DNA from: Felis catus
Lineage: Eukaryota
Assembly: GCF_018350175.1 (NCBI RefSeq)
Contig: NC_058383.1
Span: 13,518,001-13,582,000 of the forward strand
Direction: 5' to 3'
Length of the DNA: 64,000 bases
Part shown: piece after piece, positions 13,311 through 25,379 of the stretch
How the letters are laid out: each line of letters starts with the position of its first letter
Position numbering within the stretch: position 1 is the first letter of the stretch
Made by a program: the position numbers and the translations under genes
The notes under the pieces: generated by a model
Databases searched by the model: none
Seen by the model: the letters and a program-made list of their open reading frames with translations, nothing else
Told to the model about the DNA's origin: nothing

Positions 13311-14244
13311 GGGTTGTTCTGTTTTTCCTGTATGGAAGAGCTATTTTAAAGACACAAGAGAGGAAGGGGATAAGGTATATGGCTTCAGAGAAAATCTGAA
13401 GAGAGAGCATTGGCTTCAGAGCAAGGATGGGCATGTTTTCCTGGGTAGCAGAAGGAAAAAACAGTGATCGAATGAGCCACTGGGTGCGATAATTTATGAG
13501 ATTATGCCACAGTGACAGCCTTCAGATCTGAGTCTGTTAACGCAACAGAGGTTATGTACTCGTGCTACACATCACCACGGCTCAGGAGGGCACTCAGTTC
13601 ATCTTAATACGCAAGGAGCCGGGCTGATGGAGCTTCACCTCAGCATTCCCATCTCAGCATTTGCTTTTAGCAGTTATCACAGAGGAAGCCACATCCAGCC
13701 TCAAGGGGCCGAGAAAGTGCCGAGAAAACTGGGGGAGAATGAGAAAGATTTGAGGGACTGTGCTCATGACCAGAAAGATGGGGAAAGCCACGGGCCCAGC
13801 CAAGTGTGGAGGTGATTGGGATGGCATATACTTTCTTAGTAAGAAGGCAGCAAAAACATGATCCACCAGGAGTAGTTAGGGGTTTGACAAGAGTGGTAAA
13901 TGTTTGGAACAGCCGTTTGTTAAAATAATTAAACGAGAACATAGCAGCAAAGGAAAAGGAAGCTGTTCTGGTTAAATATTTATCACTAGGGCTCCATGCA
14001 GAATGAAACAGTAATGCAGCTGCGATTCAGTTTCTTAGTTCAGCTGTAGCTTAAAATTAGAAGCTGCCCATCAATAATTTTCCCAAGGGAGTGATTTCTA
14101 CCGTAATAGCATATAGCCTAGAGAAAAGGAAATGCACAAAGAGCAGGCTTTCTTGGAATGGGAAGGGAAACCACTTCAGAGAGAGAACATGCGAGAGAAA
14201 TTGATTGTACATCAATCCTTGGAAATAAAAATGAGTTTCCTTTT

Positions 14245-14805
14245 ATCAGTCAATCTGTAAGTACATCTGCTGCTGGCCAAGTGCCTTGACGTTGTGTGGA
14301 GTCAAGAGACATTTGTGACTTTATTCCTGCTCCCAGGGAATATTAGAGTTTAGTCAGAGGGACGAAGCTCACGATAGGAGTTTGGGGTTTGTTTAAAGTA
14401 TACCATTTATTGCCCTAATTAGTGTATAATTTTGCAAAAGAGGTTCATGGAACAGACGGGATTAAAACTGGACCTTGAAGAATAGGTTTAACTTGGAGAG
14501 TGTCCAAGAGAGGGAAGGTTCAGGCCTGGTGGTGTGGGTGAAGGCCTGATGGTGGCAAGGACAAGGGTCTCTATGGGAGACCAGAAGAAGCATGGCCCCC
14601 AAAAAAGAGGAGAGGTAGAGATGAAGGGTTGTGAAATGATGGGATGGAGCCTGGTTGTCAGGAGTTGGTACCATGTGGGAGGAAAGGAGGAAGTATCTAA
14701 AGCTAGTATATGAGGAGTAGCATTGAGACAAGGCACACTTAGGCCACTAGGGAGAACAAATAATGAGGGCAGTCAGTTAAATGATTTCATGATAATCCAG
14801 GTGTC
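14245..14805 (-). mobile_element. L2 fragment
   Basis: 'ttcctgctcccagggaatattagagtttagtcagagggga...gaggttcatgga...ctggaccttgaagaataggt...gccactaggg...ataatccaggtg'. Confidence 0.6.
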
Positions 14806-14864
14806 TTCTCTGCAGCTGTTCACCAGACTTTAATGACTCCCTGTTTACCTTCAGAACACAGCCC

Positions 14865-15120
14865 CAGTCTTTGGCTCATTTGGACATGCCATTTTGAAGA
14901 GGCAACTGGACATCCAAAGGATATCATAATGAGGAAGCCTGGGTGTGGTGGTACCAGGAACCAGACCCAAGAGGACAATTAGAATCAAATGATCTTGATC
15001 TTATCACTAGGCTCTGTTCAGGAGTGTAGCCCAGCCCCTTGGAAGCACAGTGACCAAGCCAGACAGGCCTCAGCCCTTAGTAGGAGACTGGAGGCTAGGT
15101 GGACTGCCAAGTCTTCCCTT
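14865..15120 (+). mobile_element. L3/CR1 LINE remnant
   Basis: 'ccattttgaagaggcaactggacatccaaagga' and terminal 'ggaggctaggtggactgccaagtcttcc' resemble the CR1/L3 3' region. Confidence 0.4.
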
Positions 15121-15145
15121 CCCTCTCTCTCTTTCTTTCTCTCTT

Positions 15146-15903
15146 TCCAGCTTTATTGAACTATAGTTCACATACCATACAATGTACATGTCAGTGATTT
15201 TTAGTATATTCATTTTTACATTTCATCACCACGATCACTTCTAGAATCTTTTCATCACCCAAAATAAAAATGCTACACTCCTTAAAGATCACCTTTGTCC
15301 TTACCCTTTCCCATTCCCTGTGCCTGAGCTTAGCCAACCACTACTCTGCTTTCTGTCCATATAGACTTGCCTCTTCTGGACATTTCACATAAATGGATCA
15401 TGCACTATGTGGCCACTATGTGGCCCTGACTTCACTTGTTTTTAGTGTTCATCCAGGCTGTAGCATATACCAATACTTAATTTCTTTATATTGCCTAATA
15501 GTATTCCATTGAATGGATATACCACATTGTGTTTGTCCATTCATAACTTGATGGACATTTTTTGACTATTAAGAACACTTATTAACACTATTAATAGTAC
15601 ACTTTTTGACTATTAAGAACAATGCTCAATGAATACTCATACAAGGTTTTGTGTGGACATATGTTTTCATTTCTCTTAGGTATATACATAGTAGTGGAAT
15701 TTCTGGGCCATACGGTTTAACAATTTGAGTAACTGTCAAACTGTTTCCCAAAGTGTCTGTATCATTCTACATCCCCCCAGCAGTGGTTAAAAGGTCCAAT
15801 ATCTCCACATCCTTGCCCATATTCATTGTTGTCTTTTTTATTATAGTCATCCTAATGGTATGAAGTGGTGTTTCATTGTGGTTTTAATTTGTGTTTCCGT
15901 GAT
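15146..15903 (-). mobile_element. L1 (L1MB-type) 3' end, 5'-truncated
   Basis: 'cagctttattgaactatagttcacataccataca...ttctggacatttcacataaatgga...tggtatgaagtggtgtttcattgtggttttaatttg'. Confidence 0.9.
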
Positions 15904-16124
15904 CAGATGCCCAATTTCCAAAAGTAAGGCATACAATAGAAAGAATGGATAGAGACTCCAACAGAACCCCGAGAAAAATAACAAGGCACAGATGTGAATA
16001 GAAGGCTTTCAGGAAGTTTACAGGCTCAGAAGGAGTTGAAGTCAGCCTATTGTTGTTTCCAGTCTATGGGATTGTCATTTTCCACTGTAAGTAATGGCCA
16101 GAGATTACCGTTCTCCATCAGATT

Positions 16125-16294
16125 ATCTGTTCCCAGTCCTTGGCAGCACTAAATTAGAGTCATCTGGAAGAAATTTAAATATACCTGGCCCTGGCAAATT
16201 GAATCCGAATATCTGGGGATGTAGCTCAGGTATCTGTATGTTTTAAAAATCTTCCCACATGATTCTGATGCACAGTGAGTATTGAAAGCCACTG
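16125..16294 (+). mobile_element. MER5B-like hAT-Charlie MITE
   Basis: 'attagagtcatctgg...attgaatccgaatatctgggg...tgattctgatgcacag...ttgaaagccactg'. Confidence 0.75.
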
Positions 16295-18709
16295 TTGTAA
16301 ATAATTCAGCAGGATTAAATAGTAGAATGAATTTATTGATTATATGTTCTACTCAGATAACCATCTGCTTTTATTTTGACTTGTAAGCTTTTTGGAGGCC
16401 CCTGCTTAACTGAATTTGACCAAAAACATTTGAGATATAATTGTAGTGTGCATAGTCCTCTCTGACTACTAGACAGTCTAGTGTGGAATTCATGAACTTT
16501 GAGTTCATGACTAGTTTTCCCCCAATTAAACCTCCAGTTTCAAAGTTTGGTCAGAGTGGCATTCCTTCATTTCCTTTCCATTTATATTAGCTACCCATGA
16601 GGCATTTGTTTATTTCTGATTACATCTATCTCTCTGATTTCAACATACAGTGGTTATTTACAATAGTTATATACCTTTTCAAGGTAATGAATTCTTTCAT
16701 TGATGAGCTAATCAATTATGAGGCATGGATTTGATGTCCTTGTTGCTGATTGATACCCTAGTAGTTGGATCAGAGGTACCAGCATTTCTTATGGTTATGT
16801 TGATTTGAACAAGTACCATTTAATTTGTGAACTTTTTGATTGACCTGAGATATCTAGATGATAGAGAGTAGACCAATTAAGGTGATGTCCCATTATCACA
16901 AAGTCAGAGATGTCTCTAGGATTAAGGTATAGTTTATTCTCTATAAGGATTGAGGACCATTTGTGTCTTCTGTTCAAATTGTGTCTAGTACAAAACTGAA
17001 AAGGATAGAACTGACGGGGAATATTATCCCATTAGGTTGGTACCAAATTTTCAGTGTTGAATTTTCCTCGTTCAGGCCCTTTTTTAGAGGAATCAGATGT
17101 CCCTGACGTAAATTTGAGCTATACAGTTTTGAGAAATGAAAACTCATATTCTGCCAAGAAGAGGTAGGCAGTGTAGAGATGTTAATAATGTGGCTCGTGT
17201 TCTGATGCCACTCTGGTCGAGGACTGCTTTAGTTTCATTGCAGATGGAGGTTTTTTGTATAATGTTTAAAGAGGGGAAATGGAAAGGAGGTCCGGGATGA
17301 GGGATATGGAGAATTATGTGCTAGTAGATTTTTCAAGGGACTCCTCTTTTTGTCTCAATAGACAGTTTTTGTCTTCTCTCCCTCTCAAAAGCAGAGCAGG
17401 AACTCCTTGTATTTAGTCTCTTAGTTGTTTCTAGATTAAGTAAATTATGGTTTATAGACCCATTGGTGTGAAGTGAATCGTAGGAAAAACAAAGAAACAG
17501 TGGGACTAGTTTTAGAGCATCGTGATCTCCATTTGGCTAGCTTTCAGATTTCCCAGCCTTTCCTCACTGCATACTTCACCTTTGCCTGCTTTTTCTGCTT
17601 TTCTTTTTTTAAAAAACACTATTTTACTTCTAAACAGCAGTCTGTAAAAAAAAAAAAACAAAACAAAACAAAATGGGGGGCATATTACACATATCTAAAA
17701 ACAAAGAGGAAAAGAAATGAACTCTTGTTAATAACTTCCACTTTGAGTGCTTGGGCTGGTTGCAAGGCTCAGGGGACTAATCTGCTGAATGTGGAAAGAT
17801 ATGGAACCATTTGTCCTGGGAGAAGCACTACATTAAAAAGAAGAAGCAGAAGTCATGGGGGGAGGGGGAGGCTCTGCTGATGAAAGTAGCTGTCAAATTA
17901 GCAGGTCTGGAAGTTGTACTGCATATTGTTATGAGCCGCTCAAGTTCACACCAGAGCAACCTGCTCCATCCATCTTTCTCAGTTTACATTTTAATTGGCT
18001 TGTAGTTAAGTTTTTTAAACACTGTGAGATTGCTGACATACACTGTAATATCATGTGAATAATTTATGGAGGTTGCTCAAGACAAGCTTTTTCTTTGATT
18101 TGAGAATCCAAGGAGAAGGGGGAGAAGAAGGCTTGAGGGGTCTGCGGGAGGGGGGAGGGCAGGACAGAAGAGCAGACACAACCGCTTGTTGTGTACCGGC
18201 TGGTAAATGTTTCTGCGGTGTAGTCAGCAGCGTTTGGGATTTCAGGGAGGTTTGTACAATACAACCTTATTAATAACAATTCTGTCAAGAGAGCACCCAA
18301 TTAAATTGAATTGGGTTATGACTCCCTCTTGGATTCTTAAAATGTGTGGATATAAAACCTCTTCGATGTGAGTATTGGATAACAAGGGTGGGTGGTGGTG
18401 GGTTTTTTTTTTTTTTTTTTGGTGGTTTTTTTTTTTTTTTTGGTTGGTTTTAATGATTCTTCCTCCTACTGAGAATTCACTTGTTTATAAATGCAGGAGT
18501 AGGCATTTTTCCCAAACTCTCTTTCTGTGTTCTGTTCTCACAGTAATCTAAAGAAGGGGGAACTGGAATCAGCGGGCAGTCATTCTAGTTAAGAACTTGA
18601 CTACTTTTGGGAGTGGTTTGCTGGACGGCTCTGAGTCTAGAATAGCATCTAATTAAGACCTGCGGGAGAGTCCTCTTCCCAAATAGACTTCCAAAATATA
18701 TAGTTCTTT

Positions 18710-19150
18710 CTTATTACCAAACAAGTAAATTATATAAAATGTGGAAGGCACAAAGAAGAGAATAAAAAATCACCTGCAAGTTCTCCCTCCATTGGTAACA
18801 GTTGGTACAGGTTTTGTTTATATCCTTCTAGTCTTTTTTCTGTTCAAACATAGTGAGCGTAATTGGAATCACATACACTGTTTAGAAGTCATCTTTTATT
18901 CACTGAACATTACATCCATAAGTACTCTACAGTGTCATTTCTAATGACTGCATAATGTGTATGTATATGTATTTTCTGTGAATATATCATGCTTTATCTT
19001 ACCTCTCTCCTCCTGTTGAAATGAAGAAGTGTCATTTACAATTTTTAAATCAATTTTAGGCAGGGAAGTGATAAATATATTTTGGTTTAAATCTTGGTGT
19101 ACATTCTTGGTTACTTCAAGTTCCCCGAAGTATAATTTCTACATTGAAGC
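18710..19150 (-). mobile_element. Ancient L1 (L1ME-type) 3' fragment
   Basis: 'aaagaagagaataaaaaatcacc...tatccttctagtctttttt...aattggaatcacatac...tcatttctaatgactgcata'. Confidence 0.6.
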
Positions 19151-20029
19151 AGAGAGAGTCTAAGGGAAAGACCAGTAATGTCTCAAGAACAATTTTGTCT
19201 TCAAAAGCGGGATAAAAAACAGATTTTTTAAATTAATGAAATTAATAATTTCTACCTAAATAAATAGATAATGACAGTCAATCTGAAGTTCTGTGAAATT
19301 ACTGAGATCTTTTATTCTTGTGGGGTTTCTTAACCACAGAATCTGTTAGGATTAATGTTTTTTCTTTACCAATTGGTATATAACTACCTAAGACTTTATG
19401 TAATCATTTGAAATGCTACAAATGTATTGCCTGTCAACTCCAATAAAAAAGAAGGCAGTTAATTAAAGGGATATCTTGCTATTAAATAAACTTGCAGTCA
19501 ATTGCTTGTAAGTAACAGTTAGTTTGATGTGTAGTCAAAGGGCAAGAAAATCAGTGATCAGGAAGGACTAACTTTATAAAATAGCAAAAAGAGGAGTCAT
19601 TATTGAGGTTGAGATGACTGGCCTGTCAACAGGCATGATGTTTCTTCCCTTGTTTGTTTATTATAAATGGAATCTAATGATATCCTTGTTAAGAACATAT
19701 TCATATAATGAGCTGAAGGTGAAAGACATAAGGCATTCAAGGTCTCCTGTCAGTTTGAGATCTTTTCAGCTTAGGATAACTGAGTCCTTATCCTCCTGCA
19801 ACCCTAGAGGGACACGACTGTCTCCCAAGATCAGGCGCGGCTTCAAGGTCATGTAATGTGTGCATAACGTGTGTGCATGCACACACACTCCATATTGTTA
19901 CACTCTGCAAACGGGAAACGGCCATCTTTGATCCAGTGGAAAGGCTCCAGCAGCACAGCAGCCCCTGAGAACAGCTGTTCCAAATCCATCCAGCCCACTA
20001 GCTCCTCCTACTAGGGGTGCCCTAATGCT

Positions 20030-20210
20030 CTCTGCACCTTTGTTCAACAATTCCTTGGTAATCTAGGGTGGAACACACTTTCTCTGGACAGTGAGCTTGT
20101 AGTCAGAAGCACTTGTCATGCTCAACTCCTTCAGAAAGAGAATCTATTCAAAGATCCCACACTAATTTGATACTCCTAAGTGTTGAAATATTTGTGAAAC
20201 AAAGAATGTA
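20030..20210 (+). mobile_element. L2 3' end
   Basis: 'ctggacagtgagcttg...aagtgttgaaatatttgtgaaacaaagaatg'. Confidence 0.45.
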
Positions 20211-20444
20211 TTTATAGTGGAGACCTTTTTCATCTCAAAGTCGTATGGATATGAGAGACCAGAGCTATTAGAAGGATGATTGACTTTGTGTTGAAGTTCC
20301 ATTGAAGGTCACTGGACTTTGGAGTCTCTCTCGGGAGCCAAGACACTTCACATTTTGCCAGTAACCATATTAAAATGTGTGTACCTGGCAAGAGCGAGCG
20401 AGTCTCATTTGCCGGTTTTCATTCTTTGTATTGGCTGTTCACTA

Positions 20445-20555
20445 TTTCATCAACAAGAATTTTTTTTAAGTGCCAATTTTGTGCCCAACTGGGCCGTATG
20501 GGATGCAAGAGAAGGCATAAGTTATGGTCATTCCCCTCATGGGCCTTCCAATAAA
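20445..20555 (-). mobile_element. L2 3' terminal fragment
   Basis: 'tcatcaacaagaatttttttttaagtgccaattttgtgccc...atggtcattcccctcatgggccttcca'. Confidence 0.55.
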
Positions 20556-21288
20556 GCAAAGTAAATATGTAATCCACTTACAGCTGGTCAATAGCAATAT
20601 TTTTATTTGTAATGATCCCACATTTCAATTGAAGAAAGTATTTATTATTCTGGGAAGAAAAACATCGGCTGAATTAATGACAGATTCTGAATGGGCGCTG
20701 GGCTATATTCAGAATGCAAGTATTTTGCAGTTAGGTTAGGTTGTTGAGGTTTGCCTTCTTTCCTGAGCTCTTATGAATTAGCAAATTCGAAACCGGCTGT
20801 TTTCAAATTACATACAATTGGTGCCTACCCTGAGTGTCTGTTTCTCTCCGCCAAGTTTCAGCTTGTAACCTATTTTAAAACTTGGTCCTAAACCCCCAAA
20901 ACCAATGGAATGATAGCAGGCACTACCTTAAATCATAATATTTTCACAAGAACACGTTCAAACTTGAAATAATGACTAGGTTGGAGAAAGAGGGAGGTGA
21001 GAAGGGAGGAGGAGACAAGTTTGTGTTTTCTTATTTAAAAAAAAAAAAGTTGTTTGAATTAATAAGTTGCTCAGATTTCTGCTGCTTTTTTTCCTAGATA
21101 GCCACAGAGAGAAAGCTTTGTTCCTAACAAAAGGACACCTCTGCATCAGCTTAAGATATTTGTAGCATGGCACCTGGTGACAGGGTTGGAGTTTAAAAAA
21201 AAAAAATCTCCCATGTGAACATTTTGCAATTCTCTTTACCCTCCTTCCTTTCGTATTGAGCACATAGCTTGATTCCTATCATCCGAGA

Positions 21289-21503
21289 CAATGGCTTGGC
21301 AAACCTTTTCTGTAAAGGGCCAGAGAGAACATATTAGCTTTTGTGACCGCGCAGGTTTCTGCCATACGTTCTTTCTTGATTTCTTTTCTCTTTTTCTGTT
21401 TTTTTAAACAACACCTTAAAAATGCAGAGACTAACCTTACGGGCTATACAAAAAGTGACCGCGGGGTGGATTTGGCCTGCAGCTCTAGTTGGCGGGCTCA
21501 CGC
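21289..21503 (+). mobile_element. MER58 (MER58C-like) hAT-Charlie MITE
   Basis: 'ttggcaaaccttttctgtaaagggccaga...ttaaaaatg...tatacaaaaagtgaccgcggggtggatttggcctgc...tagttggc'. Confidence 0.8.
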
Positions 21504-22059
21504 CCTAGAGAAATATGGGGGGCCATCCTGGCTGAGCACACACACTGGGTACGCCAACTTGATTTCCCTTTCTACTACTTGCTACGTTCTCTGCCGGTCA
21601 CTGGCTGTCTCAGGAGCTGGTCCCTGGAGCCTGGCTCTCCTGTGTGATGTAATGGTGTGAAATGGTGTTTCCAGTGAAGGGCCTGCGGGGGTAAATGCTG
21701 TCTCTAATTAACCTGTTCATTTAGTGCCATTATCCTTTATCTCAAACGCAGTTCTGCTGGGGGAGGATAAGGAAAATGCTTAATTAGACTAACTGTTTCA
21801 CACTGTCTGTGTTTGCATGATGAACTTTAAAAAGCCTGGGAGATGAAGCTGTCAGTCACTAAGTGTCTTTGGGAGCCTCTTGATTTTTAGTATGTAATAA
21901 TCATGCGCTGTTATTGAGTGTTGCTGAGTGAAACTTCAGGTGACGGTCTTTGTCCACGATTCTGACCCAAGACATCTGGCTAATGTCCACCAACTGGATA
22001 ATGTCATTGACAAGTTGTTGTGTCAGGGATGCTTATTTATTTATTTGCTCACTGCTTTA

Positions 22060-22200
22060 GTTGGAGTACTTTGGATGGACGCTTGTTGTTTGTTTTCTGC
22101 CTTCCCCATTAGGCATCAAGTACCTCGAGTACAGGGAGTGCGCCTCGTGCTTCTCTGAAGCCTGACGTCTGTTGGAATACCATTGCAGTATTTGTTGTTG
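22060..22200 (+). mobile_element. L2 3' terminal fragment
   Basis: 'tctgccttccccattagg...aagtacctcgagtacaggga...gtatttgttg'. Confidence 0.5.
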
Positions 22201-22225
22201 CTGGGGCAAAAAAATAAAAAACAAA

Positions 22226-22734
22226 AATTACCATTTTAATGTATGTGATATAAAATATGCCACTTTAACAAGTGTTGTGTACAGTTGAGTGGCATTAAGG
22301 ACATTGTGCGGCCATCGTCCATCTCCAGAACATTTTTCATTTTCCCAAACTGAAACTCCCATTTCCATGAAACGATGGCTCCCCATTCCTTCCTCCCCAG
22401 TCCCTGGCAACCACCGTTTCTACTTTTTTCCTCTATGAATTTGACTGCTCTGTGTATCTCATGTGAGTGGAATCATATAGTATTTGTCTTTTTGTGACTG
22501 GCTCTTTTCACTTAGCATAATGACCTTAAGGTTCGTCTGTGTTTAGCCGGTATCAGAATTTCCCTCCTTTTTAAGGCCAAGTCGTATTCCATTCTGTGTG
22601 TGTCCATTTTGTGTATCCATTCATCCTCCAGGGGACCCTGGGGCTGCCTCCTCCTAGCGGGGATTGTGAATAATGCCACCCCACACAGATCCGAGTCCTG
22701 CTTTCAGTTCTTCTGTGTTTATACCCAGACGTGG
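22226..22734 (-). mobile_element. L1 (L1MB-type) 3' end
   Basis: 'tgtacagttgagtggcattaag...tccatctccagaacatttttcattttcccaaactgaaactc...gagtggaatcatatagtatttgtctttttgtgactggct...atacccagacgtgg'. Confidence 0.9.
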
Positions 22735-22892
22735 CCATCACAGTATTTTTGAGACTATTAAAGTGACAACGTTCTTTTAAGCTCTCGATACTTTAAATAC
22801 TTTGACCAGACTTCTCTGTCATGTATTATAAAAACATTTTATAATAAAGAAATCTGTCACTAGCCCTGATGAACACAAAAGATCATTAAGCA

Positions 22893-23080
22893 CAGACATT
22901 TATTCGTCCTGTGTAGCAGGCGCTGGGCTCGGCTCTTGGTGTGGATGAATTCACTGAGGTCCCCAGTATGTTATCTGCATGTTCAGAAGAGGAAACGAGG
23001 CTTAGAGGGGTTAAGAAATTCGACTGAGGTCACACAGCTAGTACGAGACAGACAGGGCTCTGCTTGAGAACCCAAACTTG
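22893..23080 (-). mobile_element. MIR
   Basis: 'cagaagaggaaacgaggcttagaggggttaag...aggtcacacagctagta'. Confidence 0.8.
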
Positions 23081-23742
23081 TGGACACCATGAATCCATTC
23101 AGGAGAGTGGATTACACTTCCATGCCTCATCATATTCTCAGCATGGTTGGCGAGAGGCTTATTTTCCACAGCTTAATGTCACTTTTGAATTTTAAAATCA
23201 AATTATATAAAATTACATGTAAAATTCTTTGAAAGCTCTAAAGTGCTATACAAATGTAAAGCATCAAGATTAAACCTTTGGAGGACAAATGTTACAAGGT
23301 ACAATAAATATATGGAGCAAAAACCGTCTAGATTTTAAACTGCGATCTAAGCATTATGCAAACTAACGAGGGCCCACCTTTGTGATTTTGTTAGAACGTT
23401 GTTTCGTGTACCATTTTATTCACATCACTTCCAATCTTGGTAGGACTGGCACTGCCTTTTCTATGGCTGTTATGCATTTCATGACTTTTTTACCCTAAGA
23501 TTCTGGGAATAAGCCAGATTTCCCACATAACATTTGTTATCCTTGTAGTAACCCTGGACTAGGAGCCATGCCTTAAACCATCTTTGCAATTGTGCAGCTA
23601 GGTCTTGGATGCCAGATAGCTAACAAACTCTCATATGGAAGAGCTGTGAGAATTAATTTGCACTTGCAGAGGCCAGAAGTGAGGCCACTCCGTGTGCATA
23701 GGTTCTAGAGGGGCAGAGTTGAATTCAGAATAAAATGCACAG

Positions 23743-23847
23743 GGGGCACCTGGGTGGCTCAGTCAGTTAAGTGTCCGACTCCAGTTCAGGTCACGCTCTC
23801 ACATTTTATGGGTTCGAGCCCCGCGCCCGGCTCTGTGCTGACAGCTC
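23743..23847 (+). mobile_element. 3'-truncated (tail-less) CAN-SINE with 15-bp TSD
   Basis: Head 'ggggcacctgggtggctcagtcagttaag...ggttcgagccccgc...ctctgtgctgacagctc', flanked by gaataaaatgcacag (23728-23742) and gaataaaacgcacag (23848-23862). Confidence 0.9.
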
Positions 23848-24052
23848 GAATAAAACGCACAGCTATACAGAGCCTTGGAAAGTAGAAATTGCCATCAGTG
23901 GGGGTATCCACACGCAGGCCTGAAAATCCTTTCACAGCAATGAGGTAGAGAGGATTCCTACACTATGCACTTAATTTCTTCACCTTCAGTCTTGGTGTAT
24001 CATTATGTTTACTTCACATGGCCTGAGACCTTCATTGAAACTGTTAGGTCTT

Positions 24053-24288
24053 GGGGTGCCTGGGTGGCGCAGTCAGTTAAGCGTCCGACTTCAACCAGGT
24101 CACGATCTCGCGAGTCCGTGAGTTCGAGCCCCGCGTCAGGCTCTGGGCTGATGACTCAGAGCCTGGAGCCTGTTTCCGATTCTGTGTCTCCCTCTCTCTC
24201 TGCCCCTCCCCCGTTCATGCTCTGTCTCTCTCTGTCCCAAAAATGAATAAAAACGCTAAAAAAAAAAAAAATTAAAAAAAAAAAAAAA
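24053..24288 (+). mobile_element. Full-length young CAN-SINE (SINEC_Fc-like)
   Basis: Complete head, CT-rich segment, AATAAA and long A tail; perfect TSD gaaactgttaggtctt at 24037-24052 and 24289-24304. Confidence 0.97.
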
Positions 24289-25379
24289 GAAACTGTTAGG
24301 TCTTGTATAGTATTGTTTTCCTCAACACAAGACAAGAGCTAAGAGGTTTTGCCCAGTTTATCTGTTGTACCACGGGCAAATAACTGTGCTGTGTTAGAGT
24401 GGCTTGTAAGTTAAACATATTTAGACTAGATCATGGTTGAAGAGATAATGGGCTCAGCTTCTGAGATTTCAGATTCTCCAGAGTCTAGACAGACTGTGTT
24501 CGAAACAGGACTGACACTGATCTCAGAGTGAAGTGGTTCGATAGATTTACATTGACTGTTTGATTTAGTGACTTCTCCTGTGCGGTCTTATTGGAACTGT
24601 TCAGCCTCCAGCACTAGAAAACTTACACTGTTTCAATGTAGCATTGGACTCAAGCAAGGGCTTGGGTATTTGGCACAAATGACATTCTCTCCTCTTTTTC
24701 TGATTAATGTGCCTCCAGGATCAACCCAAGTTAATGCAAATAGTGGAATATTTGCTCATATAGAGACCCAAAGTACTTAAAATTCACTGCAGGTAGAATT
24801 GTTTGTTTAACCATCAGGAGGACAGACTTCGGTAATTTCAGTTGCTTGTGTTGGTTCTGATTTTGTTTTGGTAGAGATTGAGTGTTGGAGACTTTGCCTG
24901 GAAGCCAGCCCCTAGCATTGACGTCTGACACTAACCACAAAAGCAGTCCCCTTTCCGCTGGCAAAGCCAGGCCCACGTCCGTGGTTGTGATCTCAGGGGA
25001 GGGCTCTAGTCCTCAGCTTGGGTTTGTGACTGGGAAGCCTGCCTCTTGTAAGGTGGGGAAAAGCAGAGTCAAAGTGACCCCACAGCATTTGAGCTTGGGG
25101 GAGCTGTCACATCCAGAGGACTCATCAAGGTCAGAGATGTGGTCCCGCCTGAGCTGGCATCTGCGGACTTTGTCAGGGCCAGGTGTCAGAAATGGGTAAA
25201 TATCAAATTGTATCTGATTAAAAACAGGAGGAAGCAGAGCTCCCCTTACCCTGCTCTAAGGAGCCAAAGTCAGCTGAATGGTGTTTGGGTCCAGATGATT
25301 CAAAAACCACAGTCTCCATGACCCAACTGAAGAAATATTCAAAACTAGTCTGAAATATAACAGCCTGTTTTTAAAAATA

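Noticed and set aside
23965..24246. ORFs containing GAWVAQSVKRPTS (also 26565, 55507) and tRNA-like A/B boxes
   Set aside because: These are read-through translations and Pol III boxes of CAN-SINE heads, not proteins or tRNA genes.
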